DNA of 28,709 bases from a virus. Taxonomy: Duplodnaviria; Caudoviricetes. Each line of letters starts with the position of its first letter. Positions within the stretch are counted from its first letter, which is position 1. Under the pieces are notes generated by a model that was given only the letters and a program-made list of their open reading frames with translations, was not told where the DNA came from and made no database searches. The translations under genes and the position numbers were made by a program. Shown one piece after another: positions 1-8,052 of the stretch. The stretch is from positions 1-28,709 of IMG/VR virus record IMGVR_UViG_3300023283_000003; one strand, 5' to 3'.

Positions 1-2
1 AG

Positions 3-545
3 TATTTGGCACGAAACAACCATTGGACGCCTTTCGGTCACGTTCAGATCACCCTGCATTGCAAGGCCCCTATCTACTTGGCCCGCCAGCTTGGCAAACA
101 TCAGGTTGGATTGGTCTGGAACGAAGTAAGCCGTCGCTACGTCTCGGATACACCCGAGTTTGAAACACGCACTGAATACCGTGAGCGACCTGAGAACGTC
201 AAGCAAGGTTCTTCGGATGAGGTTGTGCCGATGCCGCCCATGCTAAAAGCCCGTTGGGCTGATGTCATATTCCGTGCCTCCAACCTATACGAAGAGTGCG
301 TTAAGGCTAAGGATGATGGTGGATATGGCATGGCTCCTGAGATTGCACGGTCCATCTTGCCCCAGTCTATGTATACAGAGTGGTATTGGACGGGCAGTTT
401 GTATGCTTTCTTCCGCGTGTGGAAGGAGCGTAGCGACCACAGCGCTCAACTTGAGGCACAGGAGTTTGCCCTACAGCTTAGTCGCATTCTGGCTGCCGTA
501 GCACCTTGGTCATTCACTGCACTGAAGGACGCAAGCCATGTCTAG
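3..545 (+). CDS. thyX: FAD-dependent thymidylate synthase ThyX (5' part outside window)
   Basis: Motifs HWTPF, ARQLGKHQ...WNEVSRRY (phage variant of the ThyX signature) and APEIARSILPQSMYTEWYWTGS. The frame is open from the window edge, so the TTG at 6 is not the true start. Confidence 0.93.
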   Translation, partial: YLARNNHWTPFGHVQITLHCKAPIYLARQLGKHQVGLVWNEVSRRYVSDTPEFETRTEYRERPENVKQGSSDEVVPMPPMLKARWADVIFRASNLYEECVKAKDDGGYGMAPEIARSILPQSMYTEWYWTGSLYAFFRVWKERSDHSAQLEAQEFALQLSRILAAVAPWSFTALKDASHV

Positions 546-1368
546 GATAGCACTGATTGATGGCGACGTGTTGGTTTACCATAGCGCGTTCGCCATGCAG
601 AAGAACTTATATCACTTTGAAGGCGTGACCTACCCTTCATACGAAGACTTCAAGACCTACCTGAAGAGCATCGACATGAAGCCTGCCGATGTTGAGTATG
701 AGAAGGAGTTGAGTCTTCTTGACGAATGGCTATTCCCGAAGGTGGCAAACAACATCTTCGACATGGTAATGGAAATGGCTAACCCGGACAACAGCAAGAT
801 TGTGCTGTCTGGTGAAGGGAACTACCGGCAAGCCTTGTTCCCTGAGTACAAGGCCAACCGCAAGGATGCAGCCAAGCCTGTCTATTACGACTTGGCCCTG
901 AAGTATTGGACTGAGCGTGCTTGGGCAGTGACCACTGGGATCGAAGCAGATGACCTCCTTGGTATCGAGACAATACGATTGAAGGCTGAGGGTCAAGAAC
1001 CGATCATCTGTTCCATTGACAAAGACCTGAACGGCGTCCCCGGACTGCATGTTGACTGGAACAAATCAATCAAGTACAAGGTCTCACCCCACCAAGCTGA
1101 GGTGTTCTTCTTGAGGCAGCTTCTCACAGGTGATGCAACGGACAACATCAAAGGCATTAAAGGGTTTGGACCTGTCAAGGCAGCCCGCTTCATCCCATTG
1201 GAAACAGACATAGAGCCCGCGTACGATGCTATCTACTCAAGCTACCTCGCTGCATACAATGAAGACGCCTTGCCTAAGCTCAACCTAGCAGGCCAGCTTC
1301 TCCACATACAGCGCAGGCATGGTCAACTCTGGTCATGGGATAAACACAAGGAGATTTATGGCTGCTAG
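538..1368 (+). CDS. 5'-3' exonuclease / flap endonuclease (T7 gp6/T5 D15-like)
   Basis: ALIDGD, YKANR, EADD, SIDKDL, and GDATDNIKGIKGFGPVKA (helix-3-turn-helix) motifs. Confidence 0.93.
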   Translation: MSRIALIDGDVLVYHSAFAMQKNLYHFEGVTYPSYEDFKTYLKSIDMKPADVEYEKELSLLDEWLFPKVANNIFDMVMEMANPDNSKIVLSGEGNYRQALFPEYKANRKDAAKPVYYDLALKYWTERAWAVTTGIEADDLLGIETIRLKAEGQEPIICSIDKDLNGVPGLHVDWNKSIKYKVSPHQAEVFFLRQLLTGDATDNIKGIKGFGPVKAARFIPLETDIEPAYDAIYSSYLAAYNEDALPKLNLAGQLLHIQRRHGQLWSWDKHKEIYGC

Positions 1369-1759
1369 GAAAAAGGTTCCACGCACTCGGAACGACGGAA
1401 CCTTCACCGAAGCACAGTTTCGTGGGTGGGTGAGAAGCAACCTGCGAAAGATGTCGCAGCGTTGGAAACCAATCTACGCCAAGATCAACGAGGGCTCACG
1501 ACCTGTCACTGAGGAAGACACAGCCAAGTGGGGGAAGCGCATCAGGAAGGTGTATCACTGTGAGTCTTGCGGACAGTGGTTCCCTAGAAAGTACATCACT
1601 GCCGATCACATCATACCGTGCGGTTCCCTAAAAGACATTGAGAAGGATGCCGGGCCGTTCATCCTTCGCCTTCTCTGCGAACGAGAAGGGATACAACGGC
1701 TCTGTACCGAGTGTCACAATTTTAAGACATCGAAGGAGAAGCAAGATGGACGAGCGTAA
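1358..1759 (+). CDS. HNH endonuclease with Zn-binding cysteines
   Basis: CESC...ADHIIPC...LCTECHNFKT. Start moved to ATG 1358 because AAGGAG lies at 1348-1353. Confidence 0.85.
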   Translation: MAARKKVPRTRNDGTFTEAQFRGWVRSNLRKMSQRWKPIYAKINEGSRPVTEEDTAKWGKRIRKVYHCESCGQWFPRKYITADHIIPCGSLKDIEKDAGPFILRLLCEREGIQRLCTECHNFKTSKEKQDGRA

Positions 1760-2183
1760 AGAAGAGCAGCTGGAACTAGACCTGGACCTTCATGTGGAAC
1801 TGGACCTGCATGAAGACCTGTTTGAGAAAACTGTAGGAATGATTCGAGACCGTGACGCTGGAAGGCTAGAGCCTATCCCACACGATGTCGATATGTACAT
1901 GATGGAGGAAACTGCACCACCTGTGCCCGCCATAGGAGACGAAGGGGTAATCTACAGCAATGGGTTTAAGTACCATGTTGTTATAGAGGACATAAAGAAA
2001 GCCCCCGTCGAAGCAGGATACCTTATCAAGGTTAAGAGCGTTGGTAAGACCGAAGCCCCCCCATTCTTTACGGAAGATTGGATTTCTCTTGGTTGGCTTG
2101 ATGGTTGGCGGATGTCTCAGCGAATCGAGAAGTTTCGTGTTTTGATGATGGACAGCAATGAACTGCCGGAGGTCGTAGAATGA
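1746..2183 (+). CDS. hypothetical protein (acidic N-terminus, possible SH3/Tudor-like barrel)
   Basis: ATG 1746 preceded by AAGGAG; ATGA overlap with the next gene. Confidence 0.7.
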   Translation: MDERKEEQLELDLDLHVELDLHEDLFEKTVGMIRDRDAGRLEPIPHDVDMYMMEETAPPVPAIGDEGVIYSNGFKYHVVIEDIKKAPVEAGYLIKVKSVGKTEAPPFFTEDWISLGWLDGWRMSQRIEKFRVLMMDSNELPEVVE

Positions 2184-2410
2184 GTGTATCCAATGAACTG
2201 ATTAACGTGTTTGTAGCCACCAATGAACTTGCGGACAAGATTAACGAGGTAATGGATGGTATCACGGCAGGTGTTCCAATCGAGCAGCTTGTAGCTAACA
2301 CCGAGATGCTTCCTATTCCACGTAAAGAGTTTGATGAACTGTTCCAAGCCATCCACCGACTGAATGTTGAAGTGCTCTCTCACAAGGATGCCGCTGGAGG
2401 GCTGCACTGA
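2180..2410 (+). CDS. hypothetical small helical protein
   Basis: Coupled by ATGA upstream and TGATG downstream; 76 aa. Confidence 0.7.
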   Translation: MSVSNELINVFVATNELADKINEVMDGITAGVPIEQLVANTEMLPIPRKEFDELFQAIHRLNVEVLSHKDAAGGLH

Positions 2411-2715
2411 TGTCCATCGTTAACTTCGAAGAGCTGCTAAATAAGCGAAAGCGGAAAGAGTTTCCTCCAGTGGAGGTATTGCACGAGGTTGCCGACGAAC
2501 TTGAGCGCCTTGTAACTGCCGAGAGAGAGGGAAGGCTTCTTGGTTTCAACGCCGCCATTCAGTTTGTGGACGAGAAAGGAGAAGAGAAGCACATGACTCT
2601 CCGTAGGTTTAGCCCTTACACGGACAACATGTCCATGACACACGAGTTGAACTACCTCATGTACAAACACATGAAAGAGTTTGACGAACAGGACGACGAC
2701 GAGGAAGACGAATGA
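2410..2715 (+). CDS. hypothetical protein with acidic tail
   Basis: GGAGG SD upstream; coupled at both ends; ends EQDDDEEDE. Confidence 0.75.
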   Translation: MSIVNFEELLNKRKRKEFPPVEVLHEVADELERLVTAEREGRLLGFNAAIQFVDEKGEEKHMTLRRFSPYTDNMSMTHELNYLMYKHMKEFDEQDDDEEDE

Positions 2716-3488
2716 AAATCTTGTACCTCGATATTGAAACAGCACCCCACCTTGTTATGTCATGGGGCTTGTTCAACCAGAACATTGGAATCAACCAGAT
2801 CAAAGAGCCCGGCTACACGCTTTGCTTTGCTGCTAAGATGGTGGATCAAAAAACCGGCAAGACTTTAAGCAACACGTTTCATGCTATTTGGGACCACCCG
2901 AGTCATGACAGCTTCGAGATGGTGTCCGAGGCTTGGAACTTGCTGAACGAGGCAGATGCTGTTGTCACCTACAACGGAAACAAATTTGACATTCCTACGC
3001 TCAACCGTGAGTTTGTCATGCATGCTTTCCAGCCACCCTCTCCTTATTACAGCATCGACCTCTACCGTACTGTAAGAAGCAAGTTTCGCTTTGCGAGTAA
3101 CAAACTTGACTTCGTTTGTCAGAGCCTTGGCATTGGGGCTAAGGTCAAGCATGTTGGCATGGACCTGTGGATTGGGTGCATGAATGATGACAAGAAATGT
3201 CAGCGACAGATGATGCGCTACAACAAGCAGGACGTGAAGCTGTTGCCCCTTCTCTACGAAATCGTACAGCCTTACATTCCCCAGCACCCCACTCTCATGG
3301 GCAAAGAAATTGGTGGCCATGTCTGCCCGACTTGTGGGTCTAGCGATATTCGCCTTGAAGGCAAGGCTCACACTGCCGCCGGAATCTACCAGCGGTATAG
3401 CTGTAACAACTGCGGCAAATGGAGCCGTGGATCAAAAAACCTTATGGATATTGAGCAGCGAGCTGCGCTGCTGAGGAACTGCCAGTGA
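2712..3488 (+). CDS. DEDD/RNase H-fold 3'-5' exonuclease (RNase_H_2-like) with C-terminal Zn ribbon
   Basis: LDIET (ExoI), YNGNKFD (ExoII), YNKQD (ExoIII); CPTC...CNNC. Confidence 0.88.
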   Translation: MKILYLDIETAPHLVMSWGLFNQNIGINQIKEPGYTLCFAAKMVDQKTGKTLSNTFHAIWDHPSHDSFEMVSEAWNLLNEADAVVTYNGNKFDIPTLNREFVMHAFQPPSPYYSIDLYRTVRSKFRFASNKLDFVCQSLGIGAKVKHVGMDLWIGCMNDDKKCQRQMMRYNKQDVKLLPLLYEIVQPYIPQHPTLMGKEIGGHVCPTCGSSDIRLEGKAHTAAGIYQRYSCNNCGKWSRGSKNLMDIEQRAALLRNCQ

Positions 3489-6337
3489 AAGAAATGACAC
3501 CCTACTCTCAGTTTATCGCAACCTCTCGGTATTCTCGCTGGCTCTCTTCGGAGGGTCGGCGGGAAACTTGGGAAGAGACGGTAGACAGACTCATCAAGTT
3601 CTGGGACAATCAGGTTGAAACCCGCTTTGCCCACACGCCCTTTGATGACGAGTGGTTTGGTAAGTATAGGGGCCTGATCCGTGAAGCCATCATCAACCGG
3701 GAAGTGATGCCTTCCATGCGCAGCCTTATGACAGCAGGCGAAGCACTCAACCGTGACAACGTTGCAGGGTTCAACTGCGCCTTCGTAGCTGTTGACGAGC
3801 TTAACACCTTCTCTGAAATCCTCTACATCCTCATGTGTGGTACGGGGGTAGGTTTTTCAGTTGAGGCAAGTGCAGTAAACAAGCTGCCTCGTGTTGCTGA
3901 AGTGTTCTGTGAAACCGAGACCACAATCGTAGTTAAGGATAGCAAGCTCGGCTGGGCTGGTGCTTTCAAACAGCTCATCCACCTTCTCATTGCTGGTCAG
4001 GTGCCGGAGGTAGACTACAGCAAGGTGCGTCCTGCCGGTGCTGAGTTGAAGACCTTTGGGGGCAGGGCTTCAGGGCCGGAGCCTTTGAAAGAGTTGTTCG
4101 ACTTCACAACCAACATCTTCCGAAACGCGGCTGGGCGCAATCTAACGCCTCTGGAATGCCATGACATTGTTTGCAAAATTGCTCAAGTGGTTGTCGTCGG
4201 AGGGGTTAGGCGCTCTGCTCTTATTTCTCTGTCTGACCTTAACGACATTAGCCTTCGTGATGCCAAATCTGGGCAGTGGTGGGTATCAAACCCGCAACGA
4301 GCCCTCGCCAACAACTCTGCCGTGTACAACAGTAAGCCCTCAGCTGAAGAGTTTCTGAGGGAGTGGGGTTCTCTTATCGAGAGCAAGTCGGGAGAGCGTG
4401 GCATCTTCAACCGTAGCAGCTTGAAGCGGCAGTTTGAATCTATCGGTCGTAAGTATGACCCAAATATTCATTACGGAACAAATCCATGTACGCCGGGAGA
4501 AACGCCAATCCTCACTTCGGAAGGATACTTCCCCATCGAAAATCTTGTAGGAAAGGAAGTGTCTGTGTGGAACGGTGAGCGTTGGAGCCGGGTTGTGCCT
4601 TTCGCAACAGGCGTCAACCCACTTTGCAAGGTAAACCTTTCCGACGGAAGCAGCCTTGTGTGCACACCATACCACAAGTGGTGTGTCGGCGGAAATTTTG
4701 TGGAAGCCCGCAACCTTGAGAAAGGTGTAGTTCTGGATAGCTTTGACTTCCCCGTTGTTCAGGGAGGTGAGAGGATGCCAGTGGACGCTTATAGTCAAGG
4801 ATTCTACTCTGGTGACGGCAATAAAAACCGCGAGTTTTCTTGGGTGTATAAGCCCAAGTATGGGTGCATACCACGACTTTGTGGAAAAATTGACGAGTCG
4901 GAGCTTTACAAAAGGAAGCGCTGGGTACACGGGCCCATGATGAATAAAGAATATGTGCCAATCAATGCGTTTTTGCAAGACCGTATCAATTGGCTGGCTG
5001 GTATTTTCGATGCGGATGGCTGTGTGGTCCACAACCCAAACAGCAAGGCCTTACAACTCAGTAGCGTAAGTAAGACCTTCTTAGATGATGTTAGGCTCCT
5101 TCTGACAACACTCGGATGCAAGCCTAAAATCGGTTTAATGAAGGCTTCAGGAAAGTCCTCACTACCAGATGGACGTGGGGGCTGTTCTGACTATGACACC
5201 CGAGATTGTTGGAGACTCAACCTCACTCCTACAGATTTAGCAACTCTAGTAAAACTGGGGCTGAAGTGTGAGCGGCTTTGCCTTGACGAAAACAACCCAC
5301 AAAGGAGCGCACGAAGGCATGTGCGTGTTGTTAGTGTCGAGGACAGCGGTGAAGTTGCCCCAACTTTCTGCTTCACGGAGCCGTTCTCTCATCGGGGTGT
5401 ATTCAATGGCATCGTCACAGGGCAGTGTGGCGAAATCATTCTAAGGAGCAAACAGTTTTGCAATCTCACTGAGGTAGTGGTCCGCCCTGAAGAAACCTGT
5501 AGCCAGCTAAAGAAGAAGGTGGAGCTTGCCACAGTGTTGGGCACCTTACAGGCAACCCTCACTGACTTCCGGTTTCTGTCGAAAAAATGGAAGCAGAACA
5601 CTGACGAAGAAGCGCTGCTTGGAGTGTCGCTCACAGGGGTTTACGACAACCCATATATGCGTAGGCACTTCGTAGATAGCACTCTCATAGAACTTCGGGA
5701 AGTGGCTCAGAAGGTTAATCGTGTGATGTCTTCCGAGATAGGGATCAACGCCTCTGCTGCCATTACAACGGTGAAGCCTAGCGGGACTGTGAGCCAGCTG
5801 GTTGACAGCGCCAGTGGAATCCACCCAAGGTATGCTAACTATTACATCCGGAGGGTGAGATCGGACAAGAAAGACCCCATCAGCCAGTGGCTCAAAGACT
5901 CTGGTGTGCCTTGCGAAGTGGATCGGTACAACCCCGAGGCTTTTGTATTCTCGTTCCCTATGGCTGCTCCTGAAGGCTCTCTCAGCGGTAAGGATGTTGA
6001 CCCAATCGACCATCTAACACTGTGGAAGTCATACAAGGAAAGCTGGACAGATCACAACCCTTCGGTTACGATCTCTGTCCCGGAGAATGATTGGGTGAAA
6101 GTGGGCAACTGGGTGTACGAGAACTTTGACATGGTTGGAGGGCTGAGCTTCCTGCCAAAAGACGACCACTCTTACGTTCAGGCACCCTACGAAGAGATTA
6201 CTGAGGAAGAGTTTCATAACCTAGTTATGAAAATGCCAAAGACGCTGGACTTCACGGAGCTTACGAAGTATGAACATGACGATAGGACAACTGGTTCGGG
6301 AGAGCTTGCTTGCACAGCCGGACAGTGTGCAATCTAG
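3485..6337 (+). CDS. nrdJ: class II (adenosylcobalamin-dependent) ribonucleotide reductase precursor with intein; 637-aa mature protein
   Basis: FNCAF, GGVRRSALISL, split NP|CGE catalytic loop, TTVKPSGTVS, C-terminal CTAGQC redox pair; no beta subunit (nrdB) in the window. GTG start with GAGGA SD. Confidence 0.88.
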   Translation: MKEMTPYSQFIATSRYSRWLSSEGRRETWEETVDRLIKFWDNQVETRFAHTPFDDEWFGKYRGLIREAIINREVMPSMRSLMTAGEALNRDNVAGFNCAFVAVDELNTFSEILYILMCGTGVGFSVEASAVNKLPRVAEVFCETETTIVVKDSKLGWAGAFKQLIHLLIAGQVPEVDYSKVRPAGAELKTFGGRASGPEPLKELFDFTTNIFRNAAGRNLTPLECHDIVCKIAQVVVVGGVRRSALISLSDLNDISLRDAKSGQWWVSNPQRALANNSAVYNSKPSAEEFLREWGSLIESKSGERGIFNRSSLKRQFESIGRKYDPNIHYGTNPCTPGETPILTSEGYFPIENLVGKEVSVWNGERWSRVVPFATGVNPLCKVNLSDGSSLVCTPYHKWCVGGNFVEARNLEKGVVLDSFDFPVVQGGERMPVDAYSQGFYSGDGNKNREFSWVYKPKYGCIPRLCGKIDESELYKRKRWVHGPMMNKEYVPINAFLQDRINWLAGIFDADGCVVHNPNSKALQLSSVSKTFLDDVRLLLTTLGCKPKIGLMKASGKSSLPDGRGGCSDYDTRDCWRLNLTPTDLATLVKLGLKCERLCLDENNPQRSARRHVRVVSVEDSGEVAPTFCFTEPFSHRGVFNGIVTGQCGEIILRSKQFCNLTEVVVRPEETCSQLKKKVELATVLGTLQATLTDFRFLSKKWKQNTDEEALLGVSLTGVYDNPYMRRHFVDSTLIELREVAQKVNRVMSSEIGINASAAITTVKPSGTVSQLVDSASGIHPRYANYYIRRVRSDKKDPISQWLKDSGVPCEVDRYNPEAFVFSFPMAAPEGSLSGKDVDPIDHLTLWKSYKESWTDHNPSVTISVPENDWVKVGNWVYENFDMVGGLSFLPKDDHSYVQAPYEEITEEEFHNLVMKMPKTLDFTELTKYEHDDRTTGSGELACTAGQCAI
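4487..5425 (+). mobile_element. intein (C335-Q647, 313 aa) with LAGLIDADG homing endonuclease
   Basis: Block A CTPGETPILT, block B CTPYH, LAGLIDADG-like QGFYSGDG and LAGIFDADG, C-terminus FNGIVTGQ|C. Removal restores GTNP-CGEII. Confidence 0.95.
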
Positions 6338-6638
6338 CAAACGGCTCAACGTGTTCATGGTCACTGGAAACATGGCCACAGAACGTGAGCAAGGCAGACA
6401 GCTAGCAAAAACTGTTGCTTGGCTTCTTGAAAACCAGTATGATGTTGAACTAAACTTTGGTGGAGTGAGGGGCATTTCGATTTTGTTCATCGACTGGCTC
6501 TTCACCCCACTTATGAAGAGGTTTCCAGCCGAGAAGCTGAAAGAGTCAGTTGAAGTCACTGGGCTTGGGAAGAAAAACCGCGACCGCTTCGCTGAGGTCG
6601 TTCAATTGAGAGCAAAGGAGTTGAACTATGTTCACTAA
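6327..6638 (+). CDS. STAS-like domain protein (DUF4325-like)
   Basis: Pattern RExGxxL...VxLNFxGVxxISxxFIDxLF...ExLxxxVxVxG matches my recollection of DUF4325. Start uncertain (GTG 6327, GTG 6351 or ATG 6357; ATG 6270 would overlap nrdJ by 68 nt). Confidence 0.65.
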   Translation: MQSSKRLNVFMVTGNMATEREQGRQLAKTVAWLLENQYDVELNFGGVRGISILFIDWLFTPLMKRFPAEKLKESVEVTGLGKKNRDRFAEVVQLRAKELNYVH

Positions 6639-7005
6639 GCATGACCAAGACAAGGTTGATATGTCCCTGATCCCCAGCACCATGTTGGAGGGCGTAGGCC
6701 GTGTGCTTATGCACGGAGAGGAGAAGTATGGCCGGGATAATTGGAGACAGGGCTGCGAATGGAGCCGCTATGTCTCAGCAGCAATGCGCCACATTGCGGC
6801 TTTCAACGAGGGGCAGGACTGGGACGAAGAGAGTGGCTTGAGCCACCTGTGTCATGCCATCTGTTGTCTTACCTTCCTCTACGACATGCAGGTGGAAGGA
6901 TATGGAGAGGATAACAGGTTCAAGAGCAGTGCCGACGGAGGGGAGTTGAGCCCTCTGGAAAGGTTCTGCAAGTCTGGGCAGTCGGCCTCTTGGCTAGAAG
7001 ACTAG
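6628..7005 (+). CDS. dATP/dGTP diphosphohydrolase domain protein (DUF5664-like)
   Basis: KHDxxK...LIP...GxxKYGxDNWxxG...AAMRH...DEESGLSHLxHA; AAGGAG SD. Confidence 0.88.
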   Translation: MFTKHDQDKVDMSLIPSTMLEGVGRVLMHGEEKYGRDNWRQGCEWSRYVSAAMRHIAAFNEGQDWDEESGLSHLCHAICCLTFLYDMQVEGYGEDNRFKSSADGGELSPLERFCKSGQSASWLED

Positions 7006-7211
7006 TTTCCGCCTCTGGGCTTCTTCTGCTCAGAGATTGAGTCGAGCTGTTGCCTCACGTCCTTCAGACCATCAATGCCTTTACGGATGGTGGTCGAGGG
7101 CGTGGGGCTTTCTTGTTTACTAGGCTGTTCACCACCACTCCGGCCAAATACTAGAGTGCCAATGAGCCCCCGCTTTGCTACCGACTTGGTGAAGCTATCC
7201 TTATCGGGCAT
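7002..7211 (-). CDS. hypothetical 69-aa protein, last gene of the virion arm
   Basis: ATG 7211 (MPDKDSF...) with AGGGGG SD, overlapping the upstream stop. The longer 7391 start overlaps the muramidase gene. Confidence 0.6.
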   Translation of the reverse strand: MPDKDSFTKSVAKRGLIGTLVFGRSGGEQPSKQESPTPSTTIRKGIDGLKDVRQQLDSISEQKKPRGGN

Positions 7212-8052
7212 CGTTGTTCCCCCTGATTCTGTTTGCGAGTTGAAAAGCACCTTCATTTCGATTGAGCCAGCCCTTGATGAAGCGAGCCTGTGAAGGATTT
7301 TTGTCCACAATGCGGCGGTAGAACGTGTCAATGCGTTCCTTGAGCTGCTCAGGCTGGACGTTACGGGCAGCTTCGAGTGTTGCCGGACCAATTACCCCGT
7401 CTTTCTTGACTCCAGCCAGCTCCTGGACAATCTTGACAGCCTGAGCGGCACCGGCGTTTACCGAAAGGGCGCCAGCCAGAGGAACCAGAGGCTCAGGAAG
7501 CTGGTCGATCTTGGGCTTCACGATAAACTCATCTTCAAACAGCTTACGAGCATCCTGCGGTGTGATAGCCCGAAGATCGTCAACCGTTGCTCCCGGCTTA
7601 ACCGACTGTAGGAAGCCAAGTGTTACGCCAAAATTAGTAGCACCACCAGAATCAAACGGGTCGTCTACAAAGCCGCCTTCAAATCTAGCAACCAGATCGA
7701 GGGTTGCATCAGTGACCTTCTTTGTCATGGGCCTACTGTCTTCCATTGCTGTTCCTACCCTGTCAATGTCCTTATCTTCAAAGCCTTGTTGTTCAGGCTG
7801 ACGCTGCTTGTTCAACCCCTTTCTGAATGCACCATGAAAGCCACGTATGTTGGCCATCGGGTTGAAGTCTGTGAAAGAAGTTCTCAATGGTGAGGTCGGC
7901 TGGCCCAGTGGGTCAACTGAAGGGTTGGCCGATCTTGTGGCCGATGTTTCTTCCTGTTGAATAGCCGGTTGTCCAGTTTGTTCATTCAATGACCGGCGCA
8001 GTGCGTCAACAAACCTCGCCTGAAACTGCTCCCTCTTCTGTATGTTAGCCAT
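7201..8052 (-). CDS. glycoside hydrolase family 108 muramidase + PG_binding_3, with ~105-aa N-terminal extension
   Basis: FEGGFVDDPFDSGGATNFGVT; DGVIGPATL; QARFIKGWLNR. Confidence 0.9.
   Translation of the reverse strand: MANIQKREQFQARFVDALRRSLNEQTGQPAIQQEETSATRSANPSVDPLGQPTSPLRTSFTDFNPMANIRGFHGAFRKGLNKQRQPEQQGFEDKDIDRVGTAMEDSRPMTKKVTDATLDLVARFEGGFVDDPFDSGGATNFGVTLGFLQSVKPGATVDDLRAITPQDARKLFEDEFIVKPKIDQLPEPLVPLAGALSVNAGAAQAVKIVQELAGVKKDGVIGPATLEAARNVQPEQLKERIDTFYRRIVDKNPSQARFIKGWLNRNEGAFQLANRIRGNNDAR

Noticed and set aside
70-145. ThyX signature deviating from RHRx7S
   Set aside because: KHQ...WNExSRRY is a variant I recall from other phage ThyX proteins; not evidence of a pseudogene.
7075-7293. 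72-aa + strand ORF past the arm junction
   Set aside because: Antisense to two coupled - strand genes; no convincing SD.
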